Assembly (NCBI RefSeq): GCF_001194135.2
Contig: NC_069003.1
Location: 36,999,567-37,041,541, forward strand
Length of the DNA stretch: 41,975 nt
Origin: Octopus bimaculoides
Taxonomy: Eukaryota
Direction of reading: 5' to 3'
Of the stretch, positions 35,166-41,975 are shown piece after piece. The notes beneath the pieces were generated by a model. The model worked only from the letters and a program-made list of their open reading frames with translations. It was not told the DNA's origin and did not search any database. How positions within the stretch are numbered: the stretch's first letter is position 1; the number at the start of each line of letters is the position of its first letter. A program made the translations under genes and the position numbers.

Positions 35166-35510
35166 ATTATGGAGATGTACTGACATAGCAAGTGACCTGA
35201 TCTGAGACCGTCTGCTGAAACAAAAACAATTGCAGGGTCGAAGGTGTTTATAAGCTATTTAAAAACACACAAAAACCGGTAGATTCACTTCAACATTTAA
35301 ATTTAATTTTCCAAAATATTTTTGTCGCTTTGAGACCGCGACCTGTTCACTGACAAAATTCCGTGCAGCACAGAATTTTGTCAGTGAACAGGTCGCCGTC
35401 TCAAAGCGACGAAAATATTTTGACAAATTAAATTTAAATGTTGAAGTGAATCTACTGATTTTTGTGTGTTTCTTAAATGGCTTATAAACACCTTCCACCC
35501 TACAATTGCT
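35166..35510. mobile_element. Palindromic (fold-back) MITE-like element
   Basis: Arms 35227-35366 and 35368-35508 are reverse complements with about 10 mismatches and 1 indel. The segment 35166-35280 recurs inverted at 2232-2343. Confidence 0.85.
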
Positions 35511-35649
35511 TATATATATATATACATATACATACAGATGCACACATATATGTATATATATGTAGATAAATACATGCATATATATAAATATCAGTAGTTG
35601 CATGTTTTATCTGTCTGTGTGTGTGTGGGTGCAACAACTATTACCATGT

Positions 35650-35830
35650 GATCATCATTATTTGACGTCTGTTTTCCATGCTGGCATGGGTTGGACAGAT
35701 TGACAGGAACTGGTAAGGCCAGGGGACACACTGGGTTCCATAGTCTGTTTTGGCTTGGTTTTTATGGGTGGATGTCCTTCTTAATGTCAGCCACTCCACA
35801 GAGTGTACTGCGTGCTTTTTATGTGGCACC
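35650..35830 (-). mobile_element. Older copy of the same LINE/SINE 3' end
   Basis: GACGTCTGTTTTCCATGCTGGCATGGGTTGGAC...GGATGTCCTTC...GTGCTTTTTATGTGGCACC. Other decayed + strand copies lie at about 595-725 and 7830-7880. Edges approximate. Confidence 0.75.
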
Positions 35831-37289
35831 CAGACCAATATTTTTCACATGGCACCTTAGTTTTAGGATCTCAATTCTGTTGTGGTGGTCGGGTCTTCTC
35901 AAATACAGCAATTCATCACATATCTCGGTCCTCTGTCATATCTTTTGTAAGGTTTTGAGATCAGCCTTCAAAATATATTTGGCATATTTAGAAATGTGTG
36001 TTACATGTCTTCAAGTGACTGCATGCGTGTGTGTGTGTGTGTGTGTGTGATATACGCATACATCCGCAATGCACAGAACTACTCTGAACCACTCTTTACA
36101 GTCTCTGCTGTGACTGAATGTGTCAAGTGTCGACCAGAGTAGGGCTTCCGGTGGGGTAGGTGCAAGAGGNNNNNNNNNNNNNNNNNNNNNNNNNNNNNNN
36201 NNNNNNNNNNNNNNNNNNGGGGGGGGGGGTTAGGGGTGGCGAGGAAGGAAAACACTGACGATCCACCCACTTACGCTCTTTCTGTATCCTTTATTCTTCT
36301 TCTTTCCCCGCAAACAAAGACTGATTGTCACCACACTGATGAGGGTGAAATGGTGACAATGATGGTGGTTGTGATGATGATGATGACAAACCAAACCCAC
36401 CACAGCGGCTGCCACCTCTACTATTACAATCACAACAACAACTTTTACCACCACTGCCAGCTGCCTCCGTGGTAATCCCTTCTGCTACACACAAGACCTT
36501 AAATTTGGGGGAGGGTGCTAATTGCTTGCATCAACCCTAGTATGTGACTGGTACTTGATTTCATAAACCCCGAAAGAACAAAAGTCAACGTCAGGGAGAT
36601 TTGAACTTGAAACATAAAGAGATACTTTCACAGGAAAGGTCCCAGGTTCATTCCATTTCCAGCTGTGTCTTTTTGATGATTGTGAGGTTGAATAGGAGGG
36701 AGATGTAGCTGCTATGTCTAGCAGGTTGTGTGTTGGCATAGAAGCTCCCTTGTTCACTCATTCATACAAGAGAAGGTAAAACTCCTTGGCGTGGGGGGAT
36801 AACAGTGGAGGTGGAGGTGCCAATGGCAGCAGCAGCAGCGGGGTGGTGGTGGTGGAGTTATAGACATTTGAGAAGGACTTATTTAGCAGAAGGCAACAAG
36901 AACAACAACAAAAACGACTATGTAAGCTGAAACCTCCTGGGTACGTTTTTAAGGTTTATGTAACAAGATATCTTATAGCCAGGGCCCCAGCAGCCTTGGA
37001 GTAGGGCTGGGGTTGGTTTGTAGCATGTTAAAATAACGGGATTTCATGTCATTTTATCTTTACAATTCTCTCTTGTTTTGCTCACTCATTAATCACGATA
37101 TCATATACACACACACATATATTTATATATATAGGTAAATATAAATATATATATATATATATGTATGTATGTATATGTGTGTGTGTGTGTCTGTGTATCT
37201 ATCTATCTATATATATATGTGTATATATCTCTCTTGTCTGACCACCTCAGTTCTGCATTCACCATGGTTGATCGCTAGCCACTAAACCT

Positions 37290-37655
37290 TTTTTTATTTT
37301 CTCTCTGTTTATTTCTTTCTTCCTTTCTGTCGAAGAAACGTAAAAGACTTTCTCACTTTCCCGAGCGTTAAACTAATACATCTGTTTGTTGTTTTCACAC
37401 CCGTCCTCGTCTTGTTTTGTTTGTTTTTTTGTAAATTCCTCTCCATGCCACCGATGTTATCCAAGGGAAAGGCAAAGGAGCCGATACAGCTTGGCACCAG
37501 TGACATCGTAACTCATTTCTACAGCTGAGTGAACTGGAGTAACGTAAAATAAAATGTCTTGCTCAAGAACACAACATGCAGCCCGGTCTAGGAATTGAAC
37601 TCACTACCTCGTGATTACAAGCCTGAGGCTCTAACCACTGAGCCATCTGCCTTCA
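37290..37655 (-). mobile_element. tRNA-derived CORE-like SINE, family 2
   Basis: The reverse strand shows A/B-box-like sequences followed by TTCTTGAGCAAGACATTT...TTACTCCAGTTCACTCAGCTGTAGAAATGAGTT. Related - strand copies at about 8990-9200, 22090-22205 and 39520-39640. Confidence 0.75.
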
Positions 37656-40600
37656 CCATACATATATTAAGAAAAAGGAGGCAGTCAGAATTTTGGATAA
37701 TTCTTTATTTAGCAGTTTCATCCATTCATGAGGATGTATATATATATATATATATTGGGTCATCCCACAAATAATGTTTTTTATTTATACTTCCTTTATT
37801 TTTCAAAATTAAGTTAAACAAAGTTCTTTTTTTAATCTAAAATATAGTCTTCTTTATTTTCTTCAATGTTCTTCCATCGATCTGGTAGACTTGCAAGGCC
37901 CCCCCTCTTCCAAAATTCACTTGTCCATGACGAAAAATATTCCTCCAGTACTGCTCTGACCTTGTCTGATAAATAGATATACAGGCAGACAGACAGACAG
38001 ATAGTCAAGGCGGGAATAATGATGACTTTGAAGTTTTGGGTTTGATTGCCTGATGAAACTTCGAAGTCACTTTCATCCTTCTATTAAATACGTACTCATT
38101 TAACGCCTGTCTTTTGTACTGGGAGGGGACTGGACAGCTGGCATAAAATATATAGCCATTGTGTTTATATATATGCATGTATGTAGGAGATGCTGGTGCT
38201 TTTAGTAATAAGTGTAATGTGTCTGCTTGCAGCTCTACAACCTCATCAGCTGATGGATAACCAGTCAAGTGTGTGTGTGTAGCTTCATCATTAGGGATAT
38301 CAACCAGGTGTTACCATGGAGTTGTAGCTCTGTGATTATCTCTGATTAGGAGGTGAACTCCTTCCCCCCTTCCCCACCACACCTGTTTGGCCCGACTCCA
38401 ACCTACACAAATACTTCCGCAAAAAAGGGAGTGTGTGTGTTTCAAAGGATTTGGCAATTAGATCTGTTCATACGGGGACCCCAACCCTAACCTGTATCAA
38501 ATTACATGCATGATTTACTCATTTACTTTCAGCAAAGGTAGAGAGGCAGGTGTGAGAACAGGGAGTCGGGTGGGTTGGGGTTTCCCCATTTCCCTGGTCG
38601 GAATCAATGGGACACTTTTCTCCAAGCAAACCCACAATCAAGTGACTTGACTTTTATTATTCTTTTTAGGCATAGTGTATCAAGGAAGACATAATCCAAT
38701 GTACTTTCACTCCTTTTGCTTGTTTCATTGCATGATGGAAGATCTCCCAGCCATGACCATCCAGTCGTTATATACTTCATTTCTGTTGTTTTGACAAGGT
38801 TTCTACAGTTGGATGTACTTCCTCTATCCTTTGGTGTTTTTTTTAAGTAGTTTTTCCTAACATCCAATATTTGCTCCCCTCACCATTTGACATCTGATGT
38901 TGGTTTGTTTACAACCCTGTCATGTAGCAGTTCAGTAAAAGACTGACAGTATCAAATTTTATAAATGTACTGACAGGGCAGGGGTCATCACTCTGGCTGA
39001 CACCCTGCCCCCAGCATGGCCCCTGTCCAATGAGAAAATAAGGAAGAAAAAGAACCCCTCCCCCCGAAATTCCTGCAAAGATGACAACAAGACAAGAAAT
39101 GTCGAAGTGTGAACAAAGTTTATTTTAAAATCCAACAGAATATTCCTTTCTTTCCTGCCTTCCTTTTTTTCTGCTTGTTCCTGTAACCCATACCTTTGTT
39201 AAAAGGTAACAGTAGGGGGGTGGAGGGTGGTCAAAGCAGCTGGAGGCAGCAGAAGTAGCAGGGGGAGGGGGGAAGAGAGGAGGAGAATCTGGGGGTTAAA
39301 ATGAAGACAACAAAAACACAGGGTCTTTGACAGAAAAGAAAAAAAAAACTGTTTAAATATATACACACAAAGAGAAAGAGAGTTTGTGTAAGAACATCCC
39401 CGGAAGCATGAACCCGGTTTTTATGCTGTCACAGGTAGACATAGACAGACAGCCTTGACTCTTTTACCTTTTGAACCAGTGGTATATTGAGAATATGGCA
39501 GCAGGGGAGAGAGACTGGCACTTGTTTGACTGGCTAGAACATGAAATGAAGAGCCTTGCTCAAGGACATGTCACCAGGTCCAACAATTTGAACTCGACAT
39601 GATTGTAAGCAGAACACTCCAACCACTTGGCCATGTGTCTCCATTTACATACACACACACACACACACATTCTCTCTACACTTTTGCCATAATGATACAT
39701 ATACAATATATATCATTTATATACACATGTACGTATATAACTATACATACATTATGTGCATGTATATAACACAGACATAGATAACAGTGGAGAGATATAA
39801 AAGAAGACACATTTGTAGAAAGTGGGTGAACAATCAGTGAACAATCAGTGATGTTGCTGTAAATGAGAATAGGGAACAAAGCTTGTGATATTGTGCGAGA
39901 AAGAGACAGAAAAGGTGTCAGGGGAAGAGAGAGAGAGAAAGAGAGAATATGTGAGTTGGAGAGATGAAAATTTAAATAATGAGCATGAGAGGGAAGAAAA
40001 ACAAAACATTTCATTTTAAAATTGCAGACACGAGTAAATATCTATGATTGTGTGTGTTGGAACATATATTTTTGGTAGGAAGTCTTCTGAGATGCAATGG
40101 TGACAATGACAAAACATTTTTTTTTTCATCTCTAAAACGATGAAGAGATTAATGAGTCTTGATCTGATAATCACATCAACAATAACTTATCTCAGAGATT
40201 TACATTCAATAGACATGTATACAAAACCAGTGCATGTGGACACATAAATGCACATATGTATTGACATGCAAGAAACCGTGTGTGTGTAGCTGTGATCATC
40301 TGAAGGATTCTTGGGATCAAAAACAAAGGCGGGGGAGGGATGACGCACAGCAAAGCTCCACCAGTAGATTACAGGACTGTAATCCAGTCGACCAGTTGGC
40401 AGCAATGTATCAAAAATGAGAGAGACAGAGAGAAGAGATTCCTTCACCAAACTGTATGCTCATCTCTCAACCTCTTGGATTTTCACCAAGATCACTGCAG
40501 CCCAAAATAAGCATGGCATATAATTATGTGAGTGTGTGTATATATGTGTATATATATCTCACTTCCCAACCTCAAGGATTCAGGTTCAGTCCCACTGCAT

Positions 40601-40695
40601 GGCATGTCGGGTTAATGTCTTCAACTCTAACCCAAAACCAACCAAATCCTTCCAAGTGGATTTAGCAGATGGAAACTGAAAGAAGCCCATTGTGC

Positions 40696-40755
<60 letters not shown>

Positions 40756-41086
40756 NNNNNNNNNNNNNNNNNNNNNNNNNNNNNNNNNNNNNNNNNNNNN
40801 NNNNNNNNNNNNNNNNNNNNNNNNNNNNNNNNNNNNNNNNNNNNNNNNNNNNNNNNNNNNNNNNNNNNNNNNNNNNNNNNNNNNNNNNNNNNNNNNNNNN
40901 NNNNNNNNNNNNNNNNNNNNNNNNNNNNNNNNNNNNNNNNNNNNNNNNNNNNNNNNNNNNNNNNNNNNNNNNNNNNNNNNNNNNNNNNNNNNNNNNNNNN
41001 NNNNNNNNNNNNNNNNNNNNNNNNNNNNNNNNNNNNNNNNNNNNNNNNNNNNNNNNNNNNNNNNNNNNNNNNNNNNNNNNNNNNNN

Positions 41087-41127
<41 letters not shown>

Positions 41128-41975
41128 TATATAGTCTTCTCATTTCTTTAAAGGGATTTAAATTGTAAAACTGATCCCAAAGAAGCAAGATTCCTCTTTT
41201 GATTTTAGAAATGCTTATATGTGTGGTTGTGAACAATTGGTTCAATGAATACCCAGCCTCAAACTGAAATAATATCCAGAGATTCAGTTTCAAAGCAGAA
41301 ATAACCTATCATTTTATATATATATACATACATACATATTTCAACAATGTGATAGAGAAATCTTTGCACGCATGCATGGGTAGGATGGTTGACAGGAGCC
41401 ACATACATACATGTCTGTACTGAGAATATAAATATATTTATGGATCATGTTGGGTAATTCAGCAATTATGGAGAAGAATGGTGTGTGTGTGTGTGTGTGC
41501 GTATACATGTGCACACACAGACACACACATTGTGAAAATGAATTTATACTTCAGGTTGGGCAATTATCAAACCAATCACAAACACATGTTTACAGAGATT
41601 CAAAATACAATGAATGCAACAACAAATGCAGACATATAATAAATACACACACACACAAAAACACAGCAGGGTGAGAGAGAGAGAGAGAGAGAGGAAGAAG
41701 GGAGGCAAACAGATAAAAGAAAGACAGAGCCCTAAGAGGAGGAAAAAAGGGAGAGAGAGAGCGAGGTTGAATGAGAGTGGAAAGGTCAGATCTGCAGCAA
41801 ATCGACAGCCATAGAGAGAAAGGAGGAGGAAGAAGTGGAAAATGATGGACGATAGGGTCCAGCTTCAGTTTGGTCGATCCTTTCATAATTCTTGTTTCTT
41901 TAAAAATTCACCATGTTTGTAGTGATGGGGAAGGGGAAAGTGAGTGCATTTTAAAATTTTTTTCCCTTTTTTTTC

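Noticed and set aside
41700-41975. Purine-rich tract with a weak ATG|GTGAAT minus-strand donor near 41912
   Set aside because: Weak site, truncated by the window edge, with no supporting ORF or homology.

Overview
Eukaryotic, AT-rich, microsatellite- and retroposon-dense genomic DNA with 11 assembly gaps. The repeat families suggest a cephalopod, probably Octopus (my inference; not searched). Two genes lie tail-to-tail. On the + strand are the last two coding exons of ELOF1 (307-377, 842-906). On the - strand is an SSX2IP/ADIP-like coiled-coil gene, reconstructed by hand as 14 phase-consistent coding exons (17398 to 4753, 2193 nt, 730 aa; 699 aa if the 17307-17398 exon is skipped). Candidate non-coding upstream exons end at strong donors at 21330, 25055 and 28610. 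The rest is RTE-type LINE fragments (one young 5'-truncated copy with an open RT frame), tRNA-derived SINEs, MITE-like elements and simple repeats. Most short ORFs in the supplied track are artefacts of repeats or N runs. There is no CRISPR array, rRNA, intact tRNA or prokaryotic system, and I cannot support a novel multi-gene system. The most unusual signals are several fold-back structures (35227-35508, 32562-32957, 23160-23295, 972-1029), a SINE with a triplicated 20-mer between its Pol III boxes, a possibly optional start-codon exon in SSX2IP, and a visible CpG boundary near its putative first exon.
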